A stretch of DNA of 64,000 nt, from the sequence record LC788706.1; one strand, 5' to 3'. Position 1 is the first letter of the stretch, and every line of letters starts with the position of its first letter. The position numbers were made by a program, and so were the translations under genes. This document shows positions 20,501 through 29,267 of this stretch, in pieces. Origin of the DNA: Escherichia coli phage KS_S14. The notes beneath the pieces were generated by a model. The model saw only the letters and a list, made by a program, of their open reading frames with translations, did no database searches and was not told the origin of the DNA.

Positions 20501-21254
20501 CGCAGCAGGTATGCAGACTGTAGCCTCTATGATTCAATATAGTACTAGTCAACAGGTTAGTGCGATTGATCAGGCTATTGCAGCAGAGCAGAAACGAGAT
20601 GGTAAATCAGAAGCATCTAAAGCTAAGTTGAAGAAGTTGGAAGCTGAAAAGCTGAAGATTCAACAAGACGCAGCTAAGAAGCAGATTATCATCCAAACTG
20701 CAGTAGCTGTAATGCAGGCAGCCACCGCTGTTCCATATCCGTTCTCTATTCCACTAATGGTTGCGGCAGGTTTGGCGGGTGCCTTAGCTCTTGCTCAAGC
20801 ATCTTCTGCTTCTAGTATGTCAAGTATTGCTGATTCGGGAGCTGATACAACTAGTTACTTAACCTTAGGAGAGCGTCAGAAGAATATAGATGTGTCTATG
20901 TCTGCTAATGCAGGTGAACTATCTTATATTCGTGGAGATAAAGGCATAGGCGGTGCTAACTCTTTCGTTCCTCGCGCTGAGGGTGGTAATATGTACCCTG
21001 GGGTTAGCTATCAAATGGGTGAGCATGGTACAGAAGTAGTTACCCCTATGGTTCCTATGAAAGCTACACCTAATGATGAGCTAAAAACCTCATCTAACTC
21101 AACTTCAGGAAGACCTATCATCTTGAATATTAGTGCTATGGATGCTGCAAGTTTCAGAGAGTTTGCTTCTAGTAATAGTAGTGCTCTAAGAGACGCAGTA
21201 GAATTAGCTCTGAATGAGAACGGTGCTAGTTTGAAAACATTAGGAAATTCTTAA
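17574..21254 (+). CDS. Tail tape measure protein (pb2-like)
   Basis: 1226 aa, largely alpha-helical/coiled-coil with Ala/Gln-rich repeats and a hydrophobic segment near the C-terminus (VMQAATAVPYPFSIPLMVAAGLAGALALA). Confidence 0.85.
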   Translation: MTDKLIRELLIDVKQKGATRTAKSIENVSDALENAAAASELTNEQLGKMPKTLYSIERAADRAAKSLTKMQASRGMAGITKSINDIGDKLDYLAIQLIEVTDKLEIGFDGVSRSVKTMGNDVAAATEKVQDRLYDTNRVLGGTTRGFNDTAGAAGRASRAIGNTSGSARGATRDFAAMAKIGGSLPIMYAALASNIFVLQSAFEQLKLGDQLNRLEKFGVIVGTQTGTPVQTLARSLQEAAGYAISFEEAMRQASSASAYGFDAEQLNKFGLVARRAAAVLGVDMTDALNRVIKGVSKQEIELLDELGVTIRLNDAYADYVKQLNAANTGITYNVNSLTTFQKQQAYANAVIAESTKRFGYLDEVLRATPWEQFAANADAALRKIQQAAAKYLGPVIDAINTVFYTSQASISAEAARAQEKTNRQIDPTNVGAVALSLAASEEGYNKALDMYKESLDKRNKLKSEFDKRMEQADFYTKLAIRQVGEGIPIGLAAAGASEANKQFVAETAAMGLQVTRLGKEVEDSTENLNAWKSAYQAAGAAAAKASPEFQKQINLQRDTTDPGAVYDFNSTVLKGLTEQQKAYNQTKKTASDLANDIQNVAQNTDTAAKTSATLADAIKNIESLSLGTGKSADEYVKNLNLGYNTLSEMKTASQALSEYVKLTGNETKNQLAVQQKIADVYNQTKDKEKAQEAGRRLELQQLEEQEAALRRVLQTNQGNKAVEKEIEKIQLEKLKLTNQGMEAQKKVKDYTDKILGVDREIALLNNRTMTDTQYRLAQLNLELTIEKEKYEWYTKQADKQKEAEQSRRAQAQIEREIWKFRQDQIASMAAGREEEQQRQFTAKPLMGNAERLQEQLKLYEDLKQKTLGNAAAQAEYNKKIAETRAQLAGLRAQRNAEMQASVGSSLGAVYTPTTGLSGEDKDFADMGNRMASYDQAISKLSELNSEATAVAQSMGNLTNAMIQFSMGSLDTTSTIAAGMQTVASMIQYSTSQQVSAIDQAIAAEQKRDGKSEASKAKLKKLEAEKLKIQQDAAKKQIIIQTAVAVMQAATAVPYPFSIPLMVAAGLAGALALAQASSASSMSSIADSGADTTSYLTLGERQKNIDVSMSANAGELSYIRGDKGIGGANSFVPRAEGGNMYPGVSYQMGEHGTEVVTPMVPMKATPNDELKTSSNSTSGRPIILNISAMDAASFREFASSNSSALRDAVELALNENGASLKTLGNS

Positions 21255-21258
21255 AACT

Positions 21259-21290
21259 GGAGGAGGACTTTGAGTCCTCCTTTTCTTTAT
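21259..21290 (+). terminator. Rho-independent terminator
   Basis: GGAGGACT-TTGA-GTCCTCC hairpin followed by TTTTCTTTAT. Confidence 0.7.
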
Positions 21291-21363
21291 GGAAAAATAA
21301 AAATTTCTTGATAAAATTTTCTAATACTATTATAATATTGTTATTAAAGAGGAGAAATTAACT

Positions 21364-21978
21364 ATGAGATTACCAGACCCATACACGAATCCAGAACTTT
21401 CAGGCTTAGGATTCGAAAGTGTTAACCTGATTGATAATGACCCAGTAATTCGTGATGAGTTACCAAATGGTAAAGTTAACGAAGTTAAGGTATCTGCTCA
21501 ATACTGGGGTATAAATATTTCTTATCCAGAATTATTTCCAGATGAATATAGTGTTCTAGATGCATTTATTCTAGAATACAAAAGGACTGGTGGTTATATA
21601 GATGTTATATTACCACAATACGAAGCTTTTAGAGTTAGAGGTAATACTAGCCTAGTAAATATACCTGCTGGACAGAAGGGTTCTAATATAACTATGGATA
21701 CAAAAGGACTTCTCACAGGTATTCCAAAACCAGGGGATCTATTTAAGCTATCTAACCATCCAAAAGTATATAAAATAACATCATTCAATAAATCAGGCAA
21801 TACGTGGTCTATAAACTTATACCCTGATTTATTTATAACTACTACTGGGGCTGAGAAACCAGTGTTTAACGGAATACTATTTAGAACAAAACTCATGAAT
21901 GGTGATGCTTTCGGATCTACATTAAATAATAACGGAACATATTCCGGCATCTCATTAAATTTACGGGAAAGTTTATGA
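21364..21978 (+). CDS. Distal tail protein (Dit, pb9-like)
   Basis: 204 aa; first gene after the tape measure; RBS context ATTAAAGAGGAGAAATTAACTATG. Confidence 0.6.
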   Translation: MRLPDPYTNPELSGLGFESVNLIDNDPVIRDELPNGKVNEVKVSAQYWGINISYPELFPDEYSVLDAFILEYKRTGGYIDVILPQYEAFRVRGNTSLVNIPAGQKGSNITMDTKGLLTGIPKPGDLFKLSNHPKVYKITSFNKSGNTWSINLYPDLFITTTGAEKPVFNGILFRTKLMNGDAFGSTLNNNGTYSGISLNLRESL

Positions 21979-24824
21979 AGAAAATACTAGATAGTGCTAG
22001 AAACTACTTAAAAAATAATAGCAGAATAAAAACTGCTAGTCTAATTTCCCTAGAATTACCTGGCTCTACTGGTACTAGTACTGCTTTTATTTATTTAACT
22101 GATTATTTTAGAGATGTACTATATAATGGTATTTTGTACCAGGCCGGTAAGGTTAAGTCCATTAGCACACATAAACAAAATAGAGATTTATCTATTGGCA
22201 GTCTATCTTTTACTATTACGGGTACAGCGCAGGATGAAGTACTGAAATTAGTGCAGAATGGTGTGTCCTTTTTAGATAGAATAGTAACAATCCACCAAGC
22301 AATTATTACAGAGGATGGTTCTATTTTACCTGTAGACCCAGACACAAATGGCCCTTTATTATACTTTAGAGGGAGAATTACCGGTGGGGGTATTAAGGAC
22401 AACATTAGTACTTCTGGGGTTGGAACCTCCACAATTACTTGGAATTGTTCTAACCAATTCTATGACTTTGATAGGGTTAACGGTAGATTTACTGATGATG
22501 CTTCTCATAGAGGGCTTGAGGTTGTAGCAGGGCAATTAGTTCCATCTAACGGGGCTAAAAGACTTGAGTACCAAGAAGATTATGGGTTCTTTCATGCTAA
22601 TAAAAGTATCTCTATTTTAGCAAAATATCAGGTACAGGAAGAGAGATACAAGCTAAAGTCTAAGAAAAAGCTATTTGGCCTATCTAGAAGCTATAGTCTT
22701 AAAAAGTATTATGAGACTGTTACTAAAGAAGTAGATATAGATTTTAACCTTGCTGCTAAGTATATACCAGTAGTTTATGGTGTACAGAAAATACCAGGAA
22801 TACCTATTTTTGCGGATACGGAACTACACAATCCTAATATAGTTTATGTAGTATACGCCTTTGCTGAAGGGGAGATAGACGGTTTTCTTGACTTTTCCTT
22901 CGGGGATAACCCTATGATTTGTATGGACTCTAATGATAGCTCTGCTAGAACCTGTTTCGGTGTTAAAAAAGTAGCAGGAGACACCATGCAAAGAATAGCA
23001 TCAGGAATATCTTCTAGTAGTCCTTCTGTGCATGGTCAGGAATATAAGTATAATGATGGTAATGGTGATATAAGGATTTGGACTTATCATGGAAAAGCTG
23101 ATCAAACGGCTTCTGAAGTATTAGTAGACATAGCGAAAGAACGTGGGTTCTACCTTCAGAATATGAATGGCAATGGACCGGAGTACTGGGATGCTAGGTA
23201 TAAACTACTAGATACTGCATACGCAGTGGTGCGCTTCACTATTAATGAAAATAGGACTGAGATTCCTGAAGTTAGTGCTGAAATTCAAGGTAAAAAAGTA
23301 AAAGTCTATCATTCTGATGGTAGAGTAACTGCTAATAGTACTAGTTTAAATGGTATTTGGCAAACACTTGACTACTTAACCTCCGATAGATACGGTGCTA
23401 ATATTACCATTGATCAGTTCCCTCTTCAGCAATTAATACAGGAAGCAGCTATTTTAGATATTATAGATGAATCCTATCAGGTATCTTGGCAGCCATATTG
23501 GAGATACGTTGGGTGGACTGATCCACTAGCAGAAAATAGACAAATAGTACAAATGAATACTATTCTGGATACATCTGAATCAGTATTTAAAAATGTGCAA
23601 GGTTTATTAGAGTCCTACGGTGGGGCTATTAACAACTTATCTGGCCAGTACAGGATTACTGTAGAAAAATACTCTAATACTCCATTAGAGATTAATTTTC
23701 TAGATACTTACGGTGATTTGGAGCTATCAGATACTACTGGTAGAAATAAATTCAACTCAGTTCAAGCATCTATCGTAGATCCAGCCCTTAGCTGGAAAAC
23801 TAATTCCATTACATTCTATAACTCCAAGTATAAGGAACAGGACAAGAACCTAGACAAAAAATTACAATTATCTTTTGCAAATATAACTAACTACTATACT
23901 GCTAGAAGTTTTGCAGACAGAGAACTTAAGAAATCTAGGTATTCTAGAACCCTCTCATTTTCTTTACCATATCAATTCATTGGTATTGAGCCTAATGATG
24001 CTATTGCATTTACATACGACCGTTACGGATGGGATAAGAAGTACTTTTTAGTAGATGAAGTCGAAAACTCTAGGGAAGGAAAGATAAATGTTACTCTACA
24101 GGAGTATGGAAAAGATGTATTCATCAACTCTGATCAAGTAGATAATAGTGGTAATGATATACCAGATATTAGTAACAACGTTCTTCCTCCTAGAGATTTT
24201 AAGTATACTCCTACACCCGGTGGCTTAGTTGGTTCTATAGGTAAAAATGGTGAGTTATCCTGGCTTCCGAGTCTAACCAATAATGTAGTTTATTACTCTA
24301 TTGTGCACTCAGGCCATGCCGAACCTTACATAGTACAACAGTTAGAGACCAATCCTAACGAACGTATGATCCAAGAAATAATTGGGGAACCAGCAGGTCT
24401 GGCTATATTTGAGATAAGAGCAGTAGATATTAATGGTAGAAGAAGTTCCCCGGTGACTCTGTCTATAGAACTTAACTCTGCTAAAAACCTTAGTGTAGTA
24501 TCTAATTTTAGGGTAACTAATACTGCTTCTGGAGATGTAACTGAGTTTGTTGGCCCAGATGTAAAACTAGCTTGGGATAGAATACCTGAAGAAGATATAA
24601 TAGAGAGTATATTTTATACACTTGAAATACACGATTCGCAAAATAGGATGTTAAGAAGTGTACGTATTGAAAATCAGTATACTTATGACTATTTATTAAC
24701 ATATAATAAGGCAGACTTTGCTCTCCAGAACAGCGGTGCTCTAGGTATAAATAGAAAATTGTATTTTCGTATTAGGGCTGAAGGGGATGATGGAGAACAG
24801 TCTGTGGAGTGGGCATCCATTTAA
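21975..24824 (+). CDS. Baseplate hub / tail tip protein (pb3-like)
   Basis: 949 aa; follows Dit; length matches my recollection of T5 pb3. Confidence 0.7.
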   Translation: MKKILDSARNYLKNNSRIKTASLISLELPGSTGTSTAFIYLTDYFRDVLYNGILYQAGKVKSISTHKQNRDLSIGSLSFTITGTAQDEVLKLVQNGVSFLDRIVTIHQAIITEDGSILPVDPDTNGPLLYFRGRITGGGIKDNISTSGVGTSTITWNCSNQFYDFDRVNGRFTDDASHRGLEVVAGQLVPSNGAKRLEYQEDYGFFHANKSISILAKYQVQEERYKLKSKKKLFGLSRSYSLKKYYETVTKEVDIDFNLAAKYIPVVYGVQKIPGIPIFADTELHNPNIVYVVYAFAEGEIDGFLDFSFGDNPMICMDSNDSSARTCFGVKKVAGDTMQRIASGISSSSPSVHGQEYKYNDGNGDIRIWTYHGKADQTASEVLVDIAKERGFYLQNMNGNGPEYWDARYKLLDTAYAVVRFTINENRTEIPEVSAEIQGKKVKVYHSDGRVTANSTSLNGIWQTLDYLTSDRYGANITIDQFPLQQLIQEAAILDIIDESYQVSWQPYWRYVGWTDPLAENRQIVQMNTILDTSESVFKNVQGLLESYGGAINNLSGQYRITVEKYSNTPLEINFLDTYGDLELSDTTGRNKFNSVQASIVDPALSWKTNSITFYNSKYKEQDKNLDKKLQLSFANITNYYTARSFADRELKKSRYSRTLSFSLPYQFIGIEPNDAIAFTYDRYGWDKKYFLVDEVENSREGKINVTLQEYGKDVFINSDQVDNSGNDIPDISNNVLPPRDFKYTPTPGGLVGSIGKNGELSWLPSLTNNVVYYSIVHSGHAEPYIVQQLETNPNERMIQEIIGEPAGLAIFEIRAVDINGRRSSPVTLSIELNSAKNLSVVSNFRVTNTASGDVTEFVGPDVKLAWDRIPEEDIIESIFYTLEIHDSQNRMLRSVRIENQYTYDYLLTYNKADFALQNSGALGINRKLYFRIRAEGDDGEQSVEWASI

Positions 24825-26881
24825 TGATTTCAAATAATGCACCAGCCAAAATGGTCTTAAATAGTATAATGACTGGATATACTTTGGCTTATGTCCAGCA
24901 CTCCATTTATACTGATTATGATGTTATTGGTAGATCTTTTTGGTTAAAAATAGGAGAAAGTATAGATAGACGTGATTACACCGGTATAGATACTTTCTTC
25001 GTAATGATTAATAATTTAACCCCCTCTACCTCCTATGAGATTCAGGGGGCTTTCTATGACTCAATTATTGACTCAGAGTTACTAGAAGCTAAGATTGGTA
25101 TCAACCTCTCTAATGAAACTAACTTTAGAACAAAGGAAAAGCCAATAATTACTGCAGCAAGATCTGAATCAGAACCCGTTGACGTTGGTGTTGGTGCTCC
25201 AATAGTTGTTGTAGAGACTGCTGGTGAGGCTAGTTACTGCACTATTGAATTAAAAAGTACTGCATCAGAAGATAGTGAATGGGTTAAATATTACATAGGA
25301 GCACTGGGACCTACTATCAAATTTGGTGGTGTTCCTGTTGGCAACTATAAGATCAGAATATCTGGTCAAGTTACTATGCCAGATGGTGTTACAGTTGACT
25401 CATCTGGCTATTATGAATATCCTAGCGTTTTCACTGTAGCTTATAATTTCGTACCACCTACTGCACCTACTAACATTGACTTTAAAGCTGCACGAATCGC
25501 AGACGGTAAGGAACGATATGATGTTAGAATAGAGTGGGACTGGGAACGTGGTGCTGGTGCTAATGTCCGTGAATTTCTGGTTACTTATATAAACTCTGAA
25601 GAATATTCTAAGACTGGCTGGGCTAAAGCTCAAAAGATAAACGTTGGTGCTGCCAGAGCCGCAACGATTATATCATTCCCATGGAAAGTTGAGCATACTT
25701 TTAAGGTATCATCAATTGCCTGGGGACCAAATAAGCAAGATATAGCAGAATCAGCTCCTGTAACGTTTATACTTAATGAAGATACTCCTCTAGACAACAG
25801 CTTTGTCAATGAGACTGGTATTGATGTTAACTATGCCTTTATTAAGGGCAGCATGAAAGATGGAGAAATCTGGAGACAGACATTCTTAATCGACGCAGCT
25901 ACTGGTGCTATTAACATTGGTCTGCTAGATGAAGAAGGAAAAGCACCTATTTCTTTTGACCCTATAAACCGTGTTGTTAACGTTGATGGTAAAGTAATTA
26001 CTAGAGATATTAATGCTGCGAACTTTATCATGACTAACTTATCTGGTAAGGATAATCCAGCAATTTACACTCAAGGTAAATCTTGGGGTGATAATAACTC
26101 CGGTATTTGGATGGGTATGGATAATACTTCTGCCAAAGCTAAACTAGACATTGGTAACGCCACACAATGGATACGTTATGATGGTGATGTGCTACGTATT
26201 TCTAGTGGAGTAGTTATTGGAACTCCTAATGGCGATGTAGATCTGGGTACTGGTATGCAAGGTAAGCAAACAGTATTTGTTTATAAGTTAGCAACATCTC
26301 TACCTGCTAAACCACTAGAACAAGATTATCCGCCTCCTGGTTGGTCAAAAACTCCACCTAACCGTACAGATATGACACAAAATATCTATACCACTACAGG
26401 TACGCTTGATCCAGTTACTAATAGGTTATTAGAGGGTACTAGCTGGTCGGATGTAGTTCAGTGGAGTGGTACTGAAGGTACTATAGGGCATGATGGACAA
26501 CGTGGTCCTGGGATGTATTCTGTAGGTATAGCAGGTTTAGGTGGTTGGGATGATGGACAAGCTAATTCCTTCTTTCAAAGTAACTTCGGTTCTCCACCAG
26601 TTAAATACGATGTATTAACTGAATTTAATAGTAATGCCCCCCAATCAGCATTTACAAGGCAATGGAATGGGTCTGGTTGGGTTAACCCTGCAATGGTTCT
26701 CCATGGAAACATGATTGTTAATGGGACGGTGACGGCAGATAAAATTGTAGCAGGAAATGCTTTCTTATCTCAGATCGGTGTTAACATCATTTATGATAGG
26801 AATGCTGCATTATCGGGAAACCCTGAGGCATACTACAAGATGAAGATAGACCTAAATAGTGGGTATATCCATATAAGGTAA
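24824..26881 (+). CDS. Central straight fibre / tail tip protein (pb4-like)
   Basis: About 685 aa from the ATG at 24824 (TAATG overlap with pb3; track start 24809 is GTG); beta-rich with repeated domain-like segments. Confidence 0.55.
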   Translation: MISNNAPAKMVLNSIMTGYTLAYVQHSIYTDYDVIGRSFWLKIGESIDRRDYTGIDTFFVMINNLTPSTSYEIQGAFYDSIIDSELLEAKIGINLSNETNFRTKEKPIITAARSESEPVDVGVGAPIVVVETAGEASYCTIELKSTASEDSEWVKYYIGALGPTIKFGGVPVGNYKIRISGQVTMPDGVTVDSSGYYEYPSVFTVAYNFVPPTAPTNIDFKAARIADGKERYDVRIEWDWERGAGANVREFLVTYINSEEYSKTGWAKAQKINVGAARAATIISFPWKVEHTFKVSSIAWGPNKQDIAESAPVTFILNEDTPLDNSFVNETGIDVNYAFIKGSMKDGEIWRQTFLIDAATGAINIGLLDEEGKAPISFDPINRVVNVDGKVITRDINAANFIMTNLSGKDNPAIYTQGKSWGDNNSGIWMGMDNTSAKAKLDIGNATQWIRYDGDVLRISSGVVIGTPNGDVDLGTGMQGKQTVFVYKLATSLPAKPLEQDYPPPGWSKTPPNRTDMTQNIYTTTGTLDPVTNRLLEGTSWSDVVQWSGTEGTIGHDGQRGPGMYSVGIAGLGGWDDGQANSFFQSNFGSPPVKYDVLTEFNSNAPQSAFTRQWNGSGWVNPAMVLHGNMIVNGTVTADKIVAGNAFLSQIGVNIIYDRNAALSGNPEAYYKMKIDLNSGYIHIR

Positions 26882-26887
26882 TAAATA

Positions 26888-27310
26888 ATGAGTACTGAAA
26901 ATAGAGTTATAGACTTAGTAATAGATGAAAAAGTACCTTATGGTCTAATGATGCAATTCTTAGATGTTGATGATAGTACTTATCCACCTACAAATACCCC
27001 TGTTAACTTAACAGGGTATTCCCTAAGGGGTACTATAAAGGCGGGGCTTGATGAGAACGCGGAAACTTTGGCATCTTTTACTACTAAAATTATTGATGCT
27101 GCTCAAGGTGCTATAGCTATAAGTTTACCTGTAGAGGCGGTAGATAATATTGGTGAAAAAGCTACCAAAGAGAGAGATAAGTATAACCCTCGCCAACGTT
27201 TTGCAGGATACTATGATATAATTATGACACGAGATGTCATAGGATCAGCTATTAGCTCTTTTCGTATAATGGAGGGTAAAGTATTTATCAGTGATGGGGT
27301 AACTAGATAA
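26888..27310 (+). CDS. Small tail protein (p132-like collar protein)
   Basis: 140 aa; position between pb4 and the fibre genes. Confidence 0.45.
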   Translation: MSTENRVIDLVIDEKVPYGLMMQFLDVDDSTYPPTNTPVNLTGYSLRGTIKAGLDENAETLASFTTKIIDAAQGAIAISLPVEAVDNIGEKATKERDKYNPRQRFAGYYDIIMTRDVIGSAISSFRIMEGKVFISDGVTR

Positions 27311-28983
27311 TGGCAATAACTACTAAGATTATTGTACAACAAATATTAAATATTGATGATACTAAAGCTACTGCTAGTAAATTTCCTAGATACACAGTAA
27401 CTCTTGGAAATTCTATTAGCTCTATTACTGCTAATGAGTTAGTATCTTCTATAGAGGCTGCTGCTAAATCTGCTGCGGCTGCAAAAGATTCTGAAATAGC
27501 TGCTAAAACCTCAGAACTTAATGCTAAGAACTCTGAACAGAAAGCTGCTATTTCTGCTACTGAAGCAGGAAAACAAGCTACTAATGCTGCTAATAGTGCT
27601 AATACTGCTAAAACTGAAGCCGATCGTTCAAAAACTGAGGCTGATAGATCAGAAGCTGCTGCTAATTCTACCCCCGACATTCAACCTCTTCCAGATGTAT
27701 GGATACCGTTTAACGATTCTCTAGATATGATCACCGGCTTTGCGCCAGGCTATAAAAAAATAACAGTCGGTGATGAGGAAATAACACTGCCCAGTGACAA
27801 GATTGTTAGCTTTACACGTGCATCAACTGCGACATATATTAATAAATCAGGTGTATTAACTGTTGCGGGGATTGATGAACCTAGATTTGAAAAGGATGGT
27901 TTGCTCATTGAGGGGCAAAGAACTAACTATCATCTTAACTCACTTACGCCATCTAAGTGGGGAGCTACAACAAGTGTAACTATAACAGAAAGTGGTGTTG
28001 ATGAGTTTGGATTTACTTATGGGCGGTTTCAAATAAAGGACGAAAAAATTGGGACAAATACGGCAATGAATATCGCTGCGATTTCAGGAGGAAGAGGTGT
28101 CGATGTTACCGGAACTGAAAAGTATGTTACAACATCATGTCGTGTAAAAAGCGATAGTGCTAATATACAATGTCGTATAAGATTTGAAAGATATGACGGA
28201 TCCGCATATTTTTATCTAGCAGATGCATATCTTAATATAACAGATATGTCCATTAGAAAAACGGGAGTAGGGGCTGCAAGAATAACCGCCCGAGCGGAGA
28301 AAGAATCTAATGGATGGATTTATTTCGAGGTTACATATCAATCTGAAGCTATTGATAATATGGTTGGCTCTCAGATCCAAATTGCTCCACCTGTTTCACC
28401 TGGCACTTATTCTGGTGGAGAGTACTTACAGGTAGCTACCCCTCAAGTTGAAGGCGGGGCGTGCGCTTCATCGTTTATTATTACAGAAGCGACTCCAGTA
28501 ACACGGGCAAGCGATATGGTCACATTACCAATAAAAAACAACCTTTACAATTTGCCGTTTACAGTACTTGTGGAAGCTCATAAAAACTGGAGTATAACGC
28601 CAAATGCAGCGCCACGTGTTTTTGATACCAGCGGTCATCAAACCGGAGCGGCTATTATTCTTGCTTTCGGATCTGCCGAAGGCGATAATGATGGTTTCCC
28701 TTATTGCGATATAGGTAAATCAAACAGAAGGGTTTACGAGAATGCAAAACTAAAAAAGATGATCATGGGAATGAGAGTAAAGAGTGATTACAATACTTGC
28801 TGTGTAAGTAATGCCAGAATATCAAGCGAAACAAAAACGGAATGGAGATACATACAATCAACGGCTACTATAAGGATTGGAGGACAAACAACTACGGGCG
28901 GACGTCATCTTTTCGGGCACGTTAGAAACTTTAGAATCTGGCATAAGGAACTAACTGATAGACAAATGAAGGAGTATGTATGA
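27310..28983 (+). CDS. Tail fibre protein: N-terminal Ala/Lys/Ser-rich fibre-shaft repeats, C-terminal lectin-like (LamG-type?) domain
   Basis: N-terminal AAKSAAAAKDSEIAAKTSELNAKNSEQKAA... repeats resemble side-tail-fibre shafts; C-terminus ends ...HVRNFRIWHKELTDRQM, reminiscent of concanavalin-like lectin domains. Confidence 0.5.
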   Translation: MAITTKIIVQQILNIDDTKATASKFPRYTVTLGNSISSITANELVSSIEAAAKSAAAAKDSEIAAKTSELNAKNSEQKAAISATEAGKQATNAANSANTAKTEADRSKTEADRSEAAANSTPDIQPLPDVWIPFNDSLDMITGFAPGYKKITVGDEEITLPSDKIVSFTRASTATYINKSGVLTVAGIDEPRFEKDGLLIEGQRTNYHLNSLTPSKWGATTSVTITESGVDEFGFTYGRFQIKDEKIGTNTAMNIAAISGGRGVDVTGTEKYVTTSCRVKSDSANIQCRIRFERYDGSAYFYLADAYLNITDMSIRKTGVGAARITARAEKESNGWIYFEVTYQSEAIDNMVGSQIQIAPPVSPGTYSGGEYLQVATPQVEGGACASSFIITEATPVTRASDMVTLPIKNNLYNLPFTVLVEAHKNWSITPNAAPRVFDTSGHQTGAAIILAFGSAEGDNDGFPYCDIGKSNRRVYENAKLKKMIMGMRVKSDYNTCCVSNARISSETKTEWRYIQSTATIRIGGQTTTGGRHLFGHVRNFRIWHKELTDRQMKEYV

Positions 28984-29258
28984 GAGATATAATCCTAAAA
29001 TTCACGGATAAATCAGCATATAAAGATTTTCTCTTAAAAATAGAGTGGGATACTAATGAAAATTTGCAAAACCAAATAATGCTTGACGAAATTGGATATA
29101 CTTATACTGAAATCTCTCCGCTAGGTGATGAGGAACCTAGATGCATCCGTAATGAAGGGTATTATATTAATGTAAGGATTCTTGATGAATCCTTTACTTA
29201 CGAATCCTTCGAGCCTTTTATAGTTCAGCTAGAACAGCCTCTTAGAGTATGGGCATAA
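28980..29258 (+). CDS. Hypothetical protein between the two fibre genes
   Basis: 92 aa; stop/start overlap with upstream fibre gene. Confidence 0.4.
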   Translation: MRDIILKFTDKSAYKDFLLKIEWDTNENLQNQIMLDEIGYTYTEISPLGDEEPRCIRNEGYYINVRILDESFTYESFEPFIVQLEQPLRVWA

Positions 29259-29267
29259 GGTTTTATA

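Noticed and set aside
27303-27680. 125-aa minus-strand ORF
   Set aside because: Lies entirely antisense within the Ala/Lys-rich repeat region of the fibre gene; low-complexity mirror ORF.
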